Source of the DNA: Candidatus Micrarchaeota archaeon
GTDB taxonomy: Archaea; Micrarchaeota; Micrarchaeia; Micrarchaeales; CABMGC01
Length of the DNA: 64,000 nucleotides
NCBI GenBank assembly: GCA_021809925.1
Contig: JAJZJV010000001.1
Span: 14,138 to 78,137 of the forward strand
Direction: 5' to 3'
Shown here: positions 18,920-29,160 of the stretch, piece after piece
How positions within the stretch are numbered: the first letter of the stretch is position 1
Layout of the letters: every line of letters starts with the position of its first letter
Made by a program: the position numbers and the translations under genes
The notes under the pieces: model-generated
What the model was told of the DNA's origin: nothing
What the model saw: the letters and a program-made list of their open reading frames with translations, nothing else
The model's database searches: none

Positions 18920-21328
18920 ATGAACATAATAGACGTTTCTCTAGAAGAAGAATTGCAAACAAGCTATATTGATTACGCCATGAGCGTTATCATAGGCAGA
19001 GCCATCCCTGATGTCAGAGACGGGCTTAAACCTGTTCAGAGAAGAATCCTCTATGCCATGTATAATATCAAAAACTTACATAATCTTCCAACAAAGAAAA
19101 GCGCAAGAATTGTCGGAGAGGTTATAGGTAAGTTTCATCCTCATGGCGACCAGGCAGTGTACTCCTCGCTTGTAAGAATGGCCCAGGACTTTTCAATGAA
19201 CCATCTTCTTGTTGAAGGCCAGGGGAATTTTGGCTCTGTTGATGGTGACCCTCCTGCAGCGATGAGATACACAGAAGTCAGACTAACACGGCTAGCTGGA
19301 GAGATGCTTTCAGATCTTGAGAAGGAAACGGTTGAATTCGTACCAAACTTTGATAATACTGAACAAGAGCCGGTAATATTGCCTTCAAAGATACCTGCTC
19401 TATTGATAAATGGGACCTCAGGAATAGCTGTCGGGGTTGCAACAAGCATACCTTCTCATAATATAAACGAAGTCTGTGATGCAATAGTCTACAGGCTCGC
19501 CAACGAGGAGGCCATTGCAGAAGATATCCTTAAAATAATAAAAGGCCCCGACTTCCCGACTGGCGGAATAGCTATAATGTCCCAATCTTCTTATGATGGT
19601 TATAAAAATGGGAGGGGGCAGCTTACAATACGGGCAAAAGCAAAGGTTGAAGACAATAGAATAGTGATAGGAGATATACCTTACAACGTCAACAAATCCA
19701 ATCTTATCCGTACGATAGTTGATCTTGTCAAAGAGAAGAAAGTGCTTGGCATAAAAGATATCAGGGATGAGAGCGACAAGGCAGGAGTACGGTTAGTAAT
19801 TGAATTGAAGGGGGATTTTGGCGGAGAGCAGACACTTAACCGGCTGTATAAGCACACACAGCTGGAAGTAACTTTCCCTATAATAAATCTCGTCATACTT
19901 GGAAAGCAGCTAAGAACAATGAGCATTCTTCAGCTAATAGATTCCTTCATAGATCATAGGAAGGAAATGATACTTAAGCGAAGCAGATTCGACCTTAATG
20001 TCTCAAAAGAGAGGCTCCACATCGTGGAAGGTCTTCTAATAGCGATAGACAACATAGACAAGATTGTTAAGGAAATAAAGGAAAGCAGCGAGATTGCAGA
20101 AGCAAGGGCAAAGCTCAGCGCCACCTATAGCCTAAGCGAGAAACAGGCAAACGCAATATTGGACATGAAGCTCAGCCGCCTCACACATCTTGAAGAAACG
20201 TCTCTCTTAAAAGAGAAAGCCGAGCACGAAAACAAGATCACATACTTCACAGAGCTAATAAACAATAAATCCAAAATTATCGAGATAATCCGGAGCGAAG
20301 CTGAAGAGATAAAGAAGAACTATGGCCGTGAAAGGAGAACAGAGATAATCGAAAGCGACCAGGCATCAGAATTTACTGATGAAGACTTGATTACAAACGA
20401 GAAGGTGTCAATAATTCTCACGAATGGCGGCTACATCAAAAGAATGGCAATTGCAAACTATCGTGACCAGTCGCGCGGAGGCAAAGGCATAATCTCAATA
20501 AATCTAAAGGAAGGAGACTATGTAAAGCAGATCCAGACTTGCAACAACAAGGACTTCCTCCTCTGCATTTCCGATGCAGGAAAGGCCTATTGGTTGAAAG
20601 CATACGCCATCCCCGAGAGCAGCAGGTACTCCGAGGGAAAAGCAATCGCAAACATGCTAAATATAGGAGAAGAAAAGATCGTTGTTATGTTCAATACAAC
20701 GAACTTTGAGGGATCCAAAATAGCCTTCTTAACAAAGAAAGGCATTATCAAAAGGGCGGAAAGCGCGCTTTTCTCAAGGCCAAGAACCACCGGAGTAAGG
20801 GCAATTAACCTAAACGAATCCGACGCGATAGCCGACGCGATAATATACACAAACGAGAAATACTTAATACTCTCAACCAAGAAAGGCAAGTCCATCAAAT
20901 TTGCAGAGGATTCCATACGCTTCACCGGCAGAACTTCAATGGGCGTCAGGGGAATAAGGCTCTCAAATGGCGATACTGCATGTAACATAATCGCGGCTGG
21001 AGAAGAAGGAAGCATACTAACTGTGACTGAAAATGGGTATGGCAAACTCACTGACGTTGAGAAGTATCGCATTCAAGGGCGCGGAGGAAGCGGTGTCATA
21101 AACCTGAAAGTATCTGAGAAGACAGGAACGGTGGCAAAATCTCTATTTGTCAAGGATGAGAAAACCGCAATATTAATCAATTCTCTTGGAATTAGCATAT
21201 CCTTCCCGATTGCCTCAATCAGGGTCACCGGAAGGGCAGCAAGTGGCGTAAGATTAATGCGATTAGAGCAAGGCTCACGGGTAGTTGATGCACAAATTCT
21301 TGCAGAAGAAGAGAAAGAAGCTACTTAA
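18920..21328 (+). CDS. gyrA: DNA gyrase subunit A
   Basis: GKFHPHGD and the active-site AAMRYTE motif, followed by C-terminal beta-pinwheel repeats. It starts 4 nt after gyrB. Confidence 0.95.
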   Translation: MNIIDVSLEEELQTSYIDYAMSVIIGRAIPDVRDGLKPVQRRILYAMYNIKNLHNLPTKKSARIVGEVIGKFHPHGDQAVYSSLVRMAQDFSMNHLLVEGQGNFGSVDGDPPAAMRYTEVRLTRLAGEMLSDLEKETVEFVPNFDNTEQEPVILPSKIPALLINGTSGIAVGVATSIPSHNINEVCDAIVYRLANEEAIAEDILKIIKGPDFPTGGIAIMSQSSYDGYKNGRGQLTIRAKAKVEDNRIVIGDIPYNVNKSNLIRTIVDLVKEKKVLGIKDIRDESDKAGVRLVIELKGDFGGEQTLNRLYKHTQLEVTFPIINLVILGKQLRTMSILQLIDSFIDHRKEMILKRSRFDLNVSKERLHIVEGLLIAIDNIDKIVKEIKESSEIAEARAKLSATYSLSEKQANAILDMKLSRLTHLEETSLLKEKAEHENKITYFTELINNKSKIIEIIRSEAEEIKKNYGRERRTEIIESDQASEFTDEDLITNEKVSIILTNGGYIKRMAIANYRDQSRGGKGIISINLKEGDYVKQIQTCNNKDFLLCISDAGKAYWLKAYAIPESSRYSEGKAIANMLNIGEEKIVVMFNTTNFEGSKIAFLTKKGIIKRAESALFSRPRTTGVRAINLNESDAIADAIIYTNEKYLILSTKKGKSIKFAEDSIRFTGRTSMGVRGIRLSNGDTACNIIAAGEEGSILTVTENGYGKLTDVEKYRIQGRGGSGVINLKVSEKTGTVAKSLFVKDEKTAILINSLGISISFPIASIRVTGRAASGVRLMRLEQGSRVVDAQILAEEEKEAT

Positions 21329-22043
21329 AGACGTTTATTCCCTTTGATGTTATCTCGTAAGGCATCGAGACATTACTGTGGTTTGACCTTCTCATTTTTA
21401 CTATGCCTATCAGGAACTGGAAGCTTCCTTCACGCCCAACAGTATTAAGCCTTATCAGCCCGTCAAACATATATGTCCCAAGGAGGTCTGTTATTGACCA
21501 ATTGTTAATGTTCCTGCTCTCTGTTTCTAGCGTTATGAATGTTGTAGCTCCAAGGTTTCTAAAATTTTCTACAAGAAGGTTAACCGCCCTAGTAAATTCC
21601 CTATCATTAACAAACAGCGGGCGCATAGGCGATAACGAATCCAGCACAACAACCTGTGCGGAATTCTGCTTAACAACTTTGTTGAGGCCTGCAACAAACG
21701 CCTCAAAATTTTCCCTAGAGCCATATGATGTCAATACTTTTTGTTCTGAAACAACAAGCATATTTTTCTCAATCAGCTCGTCAACATCATCAAAATTCGA
21801 GAAAGCACTCTTAACATTGTCCAATAGGGACCTTTTATGCTCGTCAAAGCTGATGTAAGCGCCAGGTATCCTAGCCTTTGCGTTTCTATACAATATCTCA
21901 AAAGTCATCAGGGTCTTGCCAGTTCCCGGGCTTCCTGCAACTAAGACTTGGTTTCTCAGCGGCACACCTCCAAAAAGCAGCGAGTCAAGACCAAGTATCC
22001 CAGTACTTACCTTACCCTCAGAGCTAATTTCTCCATCTTCCAA
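21321..22043 (-). CDS. KaiC/RecA-superfamily single-domain ATPase
   Basis: GILGLDSLLFGGVP plus Walker A GSPGTGKT and Walker B VVVLDS. Its 3' end overlaps the gyrA 3' end by 8 nt in convergent orientation. Confidence 0.75.
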   Translation of the reverse strand: MEDGEISSEGKVSTGILGLDSLLFGGVPLRNQVLVAGSPGTGKTLMTFEILYRNAKARIPGAYISFDEHKRSLLDNVKSAFSNFDDVDELIEKNMLVVSEQKVLTSYGSRENFEAFVAGLNKVVKQNSAQVVVLDSLSPMRPLFVNDREFTRAVNLLVENFRNLGATTFITLETESRNINNWSITDLLGTYMFDGLIRLNTVGREGSFQFLIGIVKMRRSNHSNVSMPYEITSKGINVFK

Positions 22044-22101
22044 GTTCTCCCTCTAATTATGAATACTAAAACCTAAAGTATAAAAAGATACCTTTATATT
22101 A

Positions 22102-22851
22102 TCAGAATACCTGTTCTGCCTCGTCTTTGTATGTTTCTGTAGTCAATAAGTTTATGCCAGTTGATGTTATTTCGTATGGGACCGTAGAAAAACTGTGCTT
22201 TGATCCCCTCATCTTGATTATTTCAAGCGCCGGGGTCCTTGACCCTCCAGATCCGCTTTCATACATTGTCATTATTCCGTCATAAATGAAGAACTCTGGA
22301 AGGAATATCAATTTGTTCTTTTCAGGTGTTTCTATCTCCATTGTCAACAACGAAGTCACTTTAAGATCTCTCAATACCGTTACCAACGATATCGACAACG
22401 TTCTGTATATGAATAGGTCCTTTATTAGAAGGCTTACTATTGATATGGAATCTATCACTACCCTTGTGGCACCAGTGCTTTCTATCAATGATTGTATTGC
22501 TGCAATTGTCTCTGTAAATGCATATCTTGGCTCCGCCTCTCCACTTCCTTTAAGGTTTGTCATAACGTTGCTTCCGTTGATTATTATCTTCTTGCTTGCT
22601 ATAAGTGCGTCTATATCTTTGAAATCAGTAAAAGCATCTTTGGCATTCTCTATTATTGTTTCTGGTTTTTCTTCAAGAGTAAAAAAGATCCCGGTATGTC
22701 CCAGCAATGCATTCTTGTACAGAAACTCAAAACAAGTAAGCGTCTTTCCAGAACCAGGACCACCAGCAAGGACAACCTGGTTCCCTTCAGGTATGCCTCC
22801 AAAAATCAACCTGTCGATACCTTCAATACCTGTCTTGACTCTAGCTCTCAT
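22102..22851 (-). CDS. KaiC/RecA-superfamily single-domain ATPase (paralogue)
   Basis: GIEGIDRLIFGGIP plus Walker A GGPGSGKT and VVIDSIS. It lies in tandem with the previous gene. Confidence 0.75.
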   Translation of the reverse strand: MRARVKTGIEGIDRLIFGGIPEGNQVVLAGGPGSGKTLTCFEFLYKNALLGHTGIFFTLEEKPETIIENAKDAFTDFKDIDALIASKKIIINGSNVMTNLKGSGEAEPRYAFTETIAAIQSLIESTGATRVVIDSISIVSLLIKDLFIYRTLSISLVTVLRDLKVTSLLTMEIETPEKNKLIFLPEFFIYDGIMTMYESGSGGSRTPALEIIKMRGSKHSFSTVPYEITSTGINLLTTETYKDEAEQVF

Positions 22852-22951
22852 TCAACCACGGCCGTAATCTTAAGCGTAAAACCCAACTGTTTATCGTTAA
22901 ATGCTCAAGTATATAATATTAACTCTAATAATGGTTTTATCTGGACTCTTG

Positions 22952-23614
22952 CTACACTACCATGATAAGCATGAGAGAGAAAATTGCCCCAAACAGAGCG
23001 CAGAAAATATTCGAAGAATATTTATTTCCAATCCCTTCTTCCTCAAAATGCCCAAAAACAGAATCTATAATATTTCCAAGAAAACCCGCCATCCCTGAGA
23101 TCAGCACATCGACCATCGTATATCCGTGTGCGAGCAACGATAAGCTTATTGCAAAAGCAGCAACAAGCGCCATTCCTGACCCCAAGAACGTTACCCCTCC
23201 AGATCTCCCTGTATTTAATCTTCTAAATGTAAGGATATCTCTGGGCTCTCCACCCAATATGCCCAGCTCACTAGCAAATTTATCTGCAGTTATTGCACTA
23301 ACAGAAGCGACATACATGAGCACCACTATGCTGCCACTGCCATATCCAAAAGACGTCTCCAAAAATAGTACTAATACAAGCATAATAGGAACAATTCCAT
23401 TGGCAGCAACATTCTTCCAGCCTCTCGCCTTTTCATAAACCTTCATATGCTTCTTTCTCTTCTTCCCTATCTCCGTTGTAATTGCAGAGAGCACAAGGAA
23501 AGATACAAGCACTACAAGAAGAAAAAGCCCCTGGCTTCCTCCAAGCACAAGCACCAACGTGCCGATAATCAACGAGAGCAAAAGCCCCTTTAAATCCAGA
23601 CTCAAAAAGCGCAT
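22952..23614 (-). CDS. DUF92/TMEM19-like integral membrane protein
   Basis: Polytopic membrane protein with NVAANGIVP and SGGVTFLGS segments, as recalled for this family. Confidence 0.5.
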   Translation of the reverse strand: MRFLSLDLKGLLLSLIIGTLVLVLGGSQGLFLLVVLVSFLVLSAITTEIGKKRKKHMKVYEKARGWKNVAANGIVPIMLVLVLFLETSFGYGSGSIVVLMYVASVSAITADKFASELGILGGEPRDILTFRRLNTGRSGGVTFLGSGMALVAAFAISLSLLAHGYTMVDVLISGMAGFLGNIIDSVFGHFEEEGIGNKYSSNIFCALFGAIFSLMLIMVV

Positions 23615-23725
23615 AGAAATTCCATTTTCGTGAAAAATTCCGTTATTCAGAAAGCTTTATAAATATATTTCTCAATAGTATTGATTACGGGTTCTCTATC
23701 GTAGGAAGGGAAAACTGGTCGCCTT

Positions 23726-23766
23726 GCCAGCGCTTGCACTCTTGCACGCTGGCCTCTTCCTTTTAT
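23726..23766 (-). terminator. GC-rich hairpin with adjacent T-run downstream of the helicase gene
   Basis: gccagcg (23726-23732) pairs with cgctggc (23747-23753). On the minus strand the stem is followed by gtttt. Weak evidence, since archaeal terminators need not be hairpins. Confidence 0.2.
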
Positions 23767-23811
23767 TCTGATTAGTTATCTTAATGTGCAAAGCTATTAT
23801 AAAGCATGCAC

Positions 23812-26583
23812 TCATCTCTCCTTCCAGAACTTCCTATTCTTTATAAAATTCCTCTGTGCTTCCATCAGATCTACTATAAACTTTTCATCATCTTTCCTTA
23901 CCATGGCAAGCACGCGCGCGGCCGTTGCTACACCAACCCCATATGTCTTCAACGCCATAACTGCCCTGCTTCCATATGCCTCAATTAGGCTAGCCTCATT
24001 TATCATATTTTTGTATTCGGCCCACTCTTTTGCAGATATCCTGGCCCCTCTCTTTTTCTTTTCAATTATATGTTCATATTCGTCCTTGTGTGTTGCAACC
24101 ATTGGGCTCCCACAGTTCGGACACAATATTTTCTCTTCTTCCTGCCATCTAAAACCCGTACCGCAAAACGTGCACACGAGCAAAGCCCCTGGCTTCCCAA
24201 CCCTGTTCTTGAACGCTTCAACCTCTCTCTCATCTGGCCTAGTAAGTGTGATCAATTCTGCATACTTATATGCAGACCTTATTGCTTCCTTTGCAAGAGG
24301 TGATTCTGACTCAAACGCTTCAAAAAAGATCTCCCCTTTTCGGAACCGCCCCATAAACTCCGAAACAGTCTTTATATCAAAATAATTCTTGTTAAGGTCC
24401 CTTATAGCTTCCTCAAAGATAACCGTTCCTTTATAAAAGGAGACAATCCTGCTCAAGGCGCTTTTCGTTATTGTGGCTTCCTTGTCTATTGCGCCGAACA
24501 GCTTTGATATCTCAGCAAACTTATACCTGAATATTTCTGAGTTAAGCATTATTCTCTCATCGCCAAAAGAGCCAGGATCCATTCTCGAGATAACATCAAA
24601 TATCTTTCCCATATCTGGTTTTTTGTTAAGCTGTCCACACTCTATGATTATAGAATATGGTGTCGCCTTTATCGGCACCTTCTGGCCACCTCCAGATACA
24701 ATGAGCATGCCTATTACCTTCGATAGAAACTCGTTGGCGAGCCTTCCCATCGCCAGATGCACAACGACATGTTCACCAAAATACTCAACAGAGATTTTAT
24801 TATTCCCTGGGAGGAAAAATTTACTCTGGCTTCTTACAAATCCAGCCCCCCTTTCCATGGTGCTTTTCTCAACGAACATACCCAGAGCATTTTCGTTCCC
24901 GCCCATGGCCGAGAAGACTCTCTGTGCGACCTCGAAAGCAACAGGTATATCTTCGCCCTCCCAATCCGGGATCGCAGCACCGCTCTCCTGCGAAGGCTCA
25001 ACATATATCTCTTTCTCGTCAACAGAGACGACCTTCCACGGCACACCTCTGGTTATGAAAAGAGCACCGTCCTCAAGATAATTAAAAACAAACTTCTCGT
25101 CAAGCGAGGCGATTATTTTGTTCTTTGCAAGGTCTCTGACCAAAAACCTGGCTCTGTTTGGTATTACGCTTATGTTACTGAAGAAATATTGGCGTGTTCT
25201 CTCTCCTCTTTTTATAATGCCATTATCCTCCCCAACAATGTGCAGCTCTGAAAGAAGCCTAATAATCTCGTTGAATTTTGATCTTTCCAGTGTACGGTAA
25301 TTGAATGACCTCTTCACGATAAAAAAGGCCTTATCCGCCTCAATCTTCCCGTACTCCATCACGATTCCTGCAATCTGATTTGCAAGAACATCAAGCGCAT
25401 TTTCCTCTACACCCTGACTTTCAATACATCCGTTCTTGACACGCTCTGCTATTACTGCAGCCTCAAAGAGCTCCATCTCTCCTCCAACAATCATCTTTCC
25501 CACAGAAGAGCGGCCCTCTGAATGGCCCGCCCTCCCAATTCTTTGGACCAGCCTGACTGCCTGCTTCGGAGACCCATACTGCACAACAAGGTCTATCCTA
25601 CCTATGTCTATTCCGAGCTCGAGAGAACTTGTTGCTATTATATTCTTGATCTTACCTTCCCTAAAAGCACGCTCTGTTTTTATTCTCTCTTCCTTATCCA
25701 ATGAGCCATGATGTATGCCTATCCCTCCAAAAGGTTCTTCCTTATCAAACCTTATGAGCTTGCTGCCCAGCGATTCCACAATCTGCCTTGTATTGGCAAA
25801 CACCAGCGTGCCTTCAGAGCTTCTCGATAGATCAGCAATGCGCTCCAGTCTGGCTAAAGCTTCCTTGTCCATCGGGAAGTCTTCAAGGAACCGTTCATGC
25901 TTCTTCTTCGCTTTCTGTGGCATCTCTATGTTGATAATACTTTCTTTTTTTCCTTTAAGCTCAACAATCCTCCCTCCAATCTCTCCAAAAAGAAAGTTTG
26001 CAGCCAACTCCGGATTCCCTACCGTGGCGCTTATCCCTATCCTTTGGAAATTGGTAGAAAGCTCCCTGAGCCTTTCAAGCATTATCGAGAGTTGTGCTCC
26101 TCTCTTATTGTAGCAAAGCTCATGAACCTCATCGATAATTACAACCTCAAGGGCATTCAGCGATTCCCTCAGCCTCTCCGACAATACTATGTTCTGCAGA
26201 GTTTCCGGGGTTGTTATCATAAAACTTGGGGGATTAGCTGCCTGCTTCGCCCTCTCGCCAGGCTTCGTATCTCCGTGCCTTACTCCTATAACTATCCCCA
26301 ACTCCTTGGCTATGCTCTCAAGCCTGCTCAAAAGATCTCTGTTAAGTGCCCTGAGTGGCGTAACATAAATAGCACGTATCTTTTTGGGCTGCTCACTCTT
26401 AATCAAATTATTGAATACGGGTATTACTGCTGCTTCCGTCTTCCCACTCCCTGTTGGTGCCACAATCAGTACATTCTCTCTTCTGGAGATTGGGGAAAAT
26501 GCGGATTTTTGTATCTCCGTCAACTTCTCGTGCTTGCTGAAAAAAAGGGAAAAGGCATTCTTTTTATCCGAAGCCAACGACAT
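23812..26583 (-). CDS. large Lhr-type DEAD/DEAH-box helicase with C-terminal zinc ribbon
   Basis: APTGSGKTEAA, IIDEVHE, SATV and QRIGRAGH motifs, plus a C-terminal CTFCG...CPNCG. 923 aa. Confidence 0.85.
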   Translation of the reverse strand: MSLASDKKNAFSLFFSKHEKLTEIQKSAFSPISRRENVLIVAPTGSGKTEAAVIPVFNNLIKSEQPKKIRAIYVTPLRALNRDLLSRLESIAKELGIVIGVRHGDTKPGERAKQAANPPSFMITTPETLQNIVLSERLRESLNALEVVIIDEVHELCYNKRGAQLSIMLERLRELSTNFQRIGISATVGNPELAANFLFGEIGGRIVELKGKKESIINIEMPQKAKKKHERFLEDFPMDKEALARLERIADLSRSSEGTLVFANTRQIVESLGSKLIRFDKEEPFGGIGIHHGSLDKEERIKTERAFREGKIKNIIATSSLELGIDIGRIDLVVQYGSPKQAVRLVQRIGRAGHSEGRSSVGKMIVGGEMELFEAAVIAERVKNGCIESQGVEENALDVLANQIAGIVMEYGKIEADKAFFIVKRSFNYRTLERSKFNEIIRLLSELHIVGEDNGIIKRGERTRQYFFSNISVIPNRARFLVRDLAKNKIIASLDEKFVFNYLEDGALFITRGVPWKVVSVDEKEIYVEPSQESGAAIPDWEGEDIPVAFEVAQRVFSAMGGNENALGMFVEKSTMERGAGFVRSQSKFFLPGNNKISVEYFGEHVVVHLAMGRLANEFLSKVIGMLIVSGGGQKVPIKATPYSIIIECGQLNKKPDMGKIFDVISRMDPGSFGDERIMLNSEIFRYKFAEISKLFGAIDKEATITKSALSRIVSFYKGTVIFEEAIRDLNKNYFDIKTVSEFMGRFRKGEIFFEAFESESPLAKEAIRSAYKYAELITLTRPDEREVEAFKNRVGKPGALLVCTFCGTGFRWQEEEKILCPNCGSPMVATHKDEYEHIIEKKKRGARISAKEWAEYKNMINEASLIEAYGSRAVMALKTYGVGVATAARVLAMVRKDDEKFIVDLMEAQRNFIKNRKFWKER

Positions 26584-28180
26584 ATACCTTACCTTCCGAA
26601 TTCAGGGGCGTTCCGTTCAGTGAATATCCTATACTTATATTTAATGTCTCGCCAGGGACAAAGGCGTTAATGGTATTTGTGTTATTATAGCATGGAGTCG
26701 AGAGGTTGGTAGCGTTCCCAGCAGAAACCGTGATCTCAAGGGGCGTGCTTTCCTTTAGGTTTCCTATATAACAAGAAATACTTTTTATCGTCACGCTTTT
26801 GTTTAATGTATTCTTGATCCCGAAGTTCAAAAGCCCCTCGGAAAGAAGAACGCCATAGCACGAGAAATTCTTGGTCTGGCACGTCCCCAGAATGCTCTGC
26901 GTAAAGTTTGCTCCCTTTCCAGAAAATCCCAGATCGTCCATATTTTGTATCGAGAGATCTACCGCAGATCCGGCTCGTGAACCGTTAACTAATGCAAACG
27001 TCGTGATGTTGAGGTTCCCGAACATGCCAACAGTCTTAACCAGTGAAAGATTTGAGGACCCTCCAGATAGCGGCAGCATATACGTGCTGCAATACTCTCT
27101 GCCCGACCTATTCTCTATTGTTCCGCTGCACGGATAACTCCTGCCAGAATAATTCTCGAAAACTGTATACAATATTGTATTGTTTATTATTCTTAGCGAA
27201 GAATAACTAGAGTTACTCATGTACGATGCATAATAGTGTGCAAGCACGCTGGCATTTTCCGCGGTGTTTTGGGGAATCTTCGGGATACTCTGGTTTCCAA
27301 CCGAGAGGTTTCCTGAAACATAAATGCAATTCTTATTCCCTTCATAAACAAGGCTCTTCAACCAACCTCCAGAATACCAGCTGCATAATGTTGTCTTGTT
27401 TCCAAGCTCAACGAATGTTATATTTCTACTGCCAACTCTGATGGTTGTGTTGGTTAGGTTTAAGCCCTTAGCAAAATACCCAATTATTGAGGGACTGAGA
27501 TATCCCTGCATCCACAAATACACTTCCGAGGAGTTTTCTGATTTTTTATATGCAGAAACAATGCGAACCACATAATTTTGCGTTAGGTTTATCAACCGGC
27601 TGAAGAACAAGGCAGACTCATGGCTCGTTCCCATTGCTTCAGGCGTGTCTATCCCATAAGATGTCTCAAGATATTTCTGGATCAGATACCCTTCTATCGT
27701 TGAGTTTACAGTCCCATATTCCAAAGAGCTGCTCTTGTTAATGAATTCATAAGGTGCCACTTTGGACTGCGCAAGCACAAGAATATTCAAAGAGTCCTGT
27801 GTCTCCTGTCTTGAACTTATATCATAAACCTTTCCAGGATCCAAGATAGCAGACAAAAGATAATTTCCCGGTTTCAACGCAGTATAATTAAACATTATCG
27901 AAAGATTCTTTCCCGGGGGCAATGCAATCATATATACTTCTGTCAGGTTGCCCCCAACAAATACTCCAACGCTCAGATTGTTTATTGGAACGCTTCCAGT
28001 ATTCTTAACTGTAAATGGGAAGTACATTTTCTGATACGGATACATAACAACGGTCTTGTTAAGACCATGGCTAAAATTTAACACTGCACTTATCGAAGGC
28101 ACGTAAAATGCCCTAAATACGAGAGCCCCCGCAACTATTACTACAAACAACATTATTATCGAAAGGTTTTCCTTATTCAT
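26564..28180 (-). CDS. large membrane-anchored extracellular protein, CARDB-like N-terminal domain, heavily sequon-decorated
   Basis: N-terminal transmembrane helix, then FTVKNTGSVPINNLSVGVFV...LPPGKN...KPGNYLL (CARDB-like), with dozens of N-x-S/T sites. Confidence 0.5.
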   Translation of the reverse strand: MNKENLSIIMLFVVIVAGALVFRAFYVPSISAVLNFSHGLNKTVVMYPYQKMYFPFTVKNTGSVPINNLSVGVFVGGNLTEVYMIALPPGKNLSIMFNYTALKPGNYLLSAILDPGKVYDISSRQETQDSLNILVLAQSKVAPYEFINKSSSLEYGTVNSTIEGYLIQKYLETSYGIDTPEAMGTSHESALFFSRLINLTQNYVVRIVSAYKKSENSSEVYLWMQGYLSPSIIGYFAKGLNLTNTTIRVGSRNITFVELGNKTTLCSWYSGGWLKSLVYEGNKNCIYVSGNLSVGNQSIPKIPQNTAENASVLAHYYASYMSNSSYSSLRIINNTILYTVFENYSGRSYPCSGTIENRSGREYCSTYMLPLSGGSSNLSLVKTVGMFGNLNITTFALVNGSRAGSAVDLSIQNMDDLGFSGKGANFTQSILGTCQTKNFSCYGVLLSEGLLNFGIKNTLNKSVTIKSISCYIGNLKESTPLEITVSAGNATNLSTPCYNNTNTINAFVPGETLNISIGYSLNGTPLNSEGKVYVVGFG

Positions 28181-28670
28181 GCTCCTCTCCCATACTCTTG
28201 CTTCTCATATTATTTATTATTTCTGTTATTTTGCTTGCAATTTCTCTATAATCTGATTCAAGAAGGGACATTACCCATACTGAAGGGTCGTCTCTGTCAC
28301 CAACATCTGGCGGCCGTAAATAAAATCTACCCCTTGCGTTCTGGACTATACCCATCCTCTTCATCCGCAGTAGATGGTACCTGAGCGTCTTCTCTTTTAT
28401 TCCTCCCCAATTTTTTCCTATATACTCAAGTATCTCCGCTATTTCGGGATCCTTCTTTCTTATGAAATAAAAGTAGACAAGAGCATCAAGAACCGCTACC
28501 GCTCCATGCCTGCTCTCCCCGGGATTCAGTATCCCTAGCGAAAGTGCCAGCCACCTGACAGAAGAGCGCCGCGTTTCGAGAACCTCTTTTGGAAGCCTAA
28601 GATTTCTGATCTTGACTTCCTTCGCGATAAGATTTGCTTCATTAAGTGCCATCACAATCTCCATAACCAA
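28173..28670 (-). CDS. winged-helix transcriptional regulator
   Basis: TLRYHLLRMKRMGIVQNARGRFYL recognition helix and wing. It overlaps the downstream gene by 8 nt. Confidence 0.5.
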   Translation of the reverse strand: MVMEIVMALNEANLIAKEVKIRNLRLPKEVLETRRSSVRWLALSLGILNPGESRHGAVAVLDALVYFYFIRKKDPEIAEILEYIGKNWGGIKEKTLRYHLLRMKRMGIVQNARGRFYLRPPDVGDRDDPSVWVMSLLESDYREIASKITEIINNMRSKSMGEEHE

Positions 28671-28779
28671 CAGACAGGGAATTTATGTTATTAAAAAACA
28701 CTAATACCTTATATCCCAACATATATAAATAATAACAAAGCAAAACTATTAGTGCCGATAATTAACTTGGGCTGAGCCT

Positions 28780-29160
28780 ATGTCACAAAATACAAACCCT
28801 GCCGGACAGGATAAAATGAGCGAACAGGAAATGGAGAAATTGTTAAGGGACTACCAGATACTGCAGGAGCAGATCCGAAGCTTTGCGATACAACTTGACC
28901 AACTGCACAACCAGAAAGGCGATCTGGAAAGAGCAAAAGAAGAGATCGATAAAGCCAGTGGCAAGATCTACATAACTGTTGGTGGAGTGATAGTCGAGAC
29001 CTCAAAAGAAAGTGCATCGAAGGATATTGAAGAGCGAAGCGAGCTTACCGAGACAAGGATAACATCCATGACAAGGCAGTACACTGAACTAAGGAACAAG
29101 GAGAAGCAATACAGCGAGCGCATAATGCAGGCTTATAAACAAAACCAGTTGATGTCCTGA
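28780..29160 (+). CDS. pfdB: prefoldin beta subunit
   Basis: Two coiled-coil arms flank the beta-hairpin segment KIYITVGGVIVETS. Length and pattern are typical. Confidence 0.8.
   Translation: MSQNTNPAGQDKMSEQEMEKLLRDYQILQEQIRSFAIQLDQLHNQKGDLERAKEEIDKASGKIYITVGGVIVETSKESASKDIEERSELTETRITSMTRQYTELRNKEKQYSERIMQAYKQNQLMS

Noticed and set aside
23703-23761. A structured element between the Lhr-type helicase gene and the DUF92 gene. It has an inner 7-bp GC stem, an outer aggaag/cttcct pairing, and a tandem cttgcac repeat in the loop. It could be a small ncRNA.
   Set aside because: There are no box motifs or tRNA-like features. Its position right after the helicase stop codon, with a T-run, fits a simple terminator or spacer. 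I kept it only as a low-confidence terminator.
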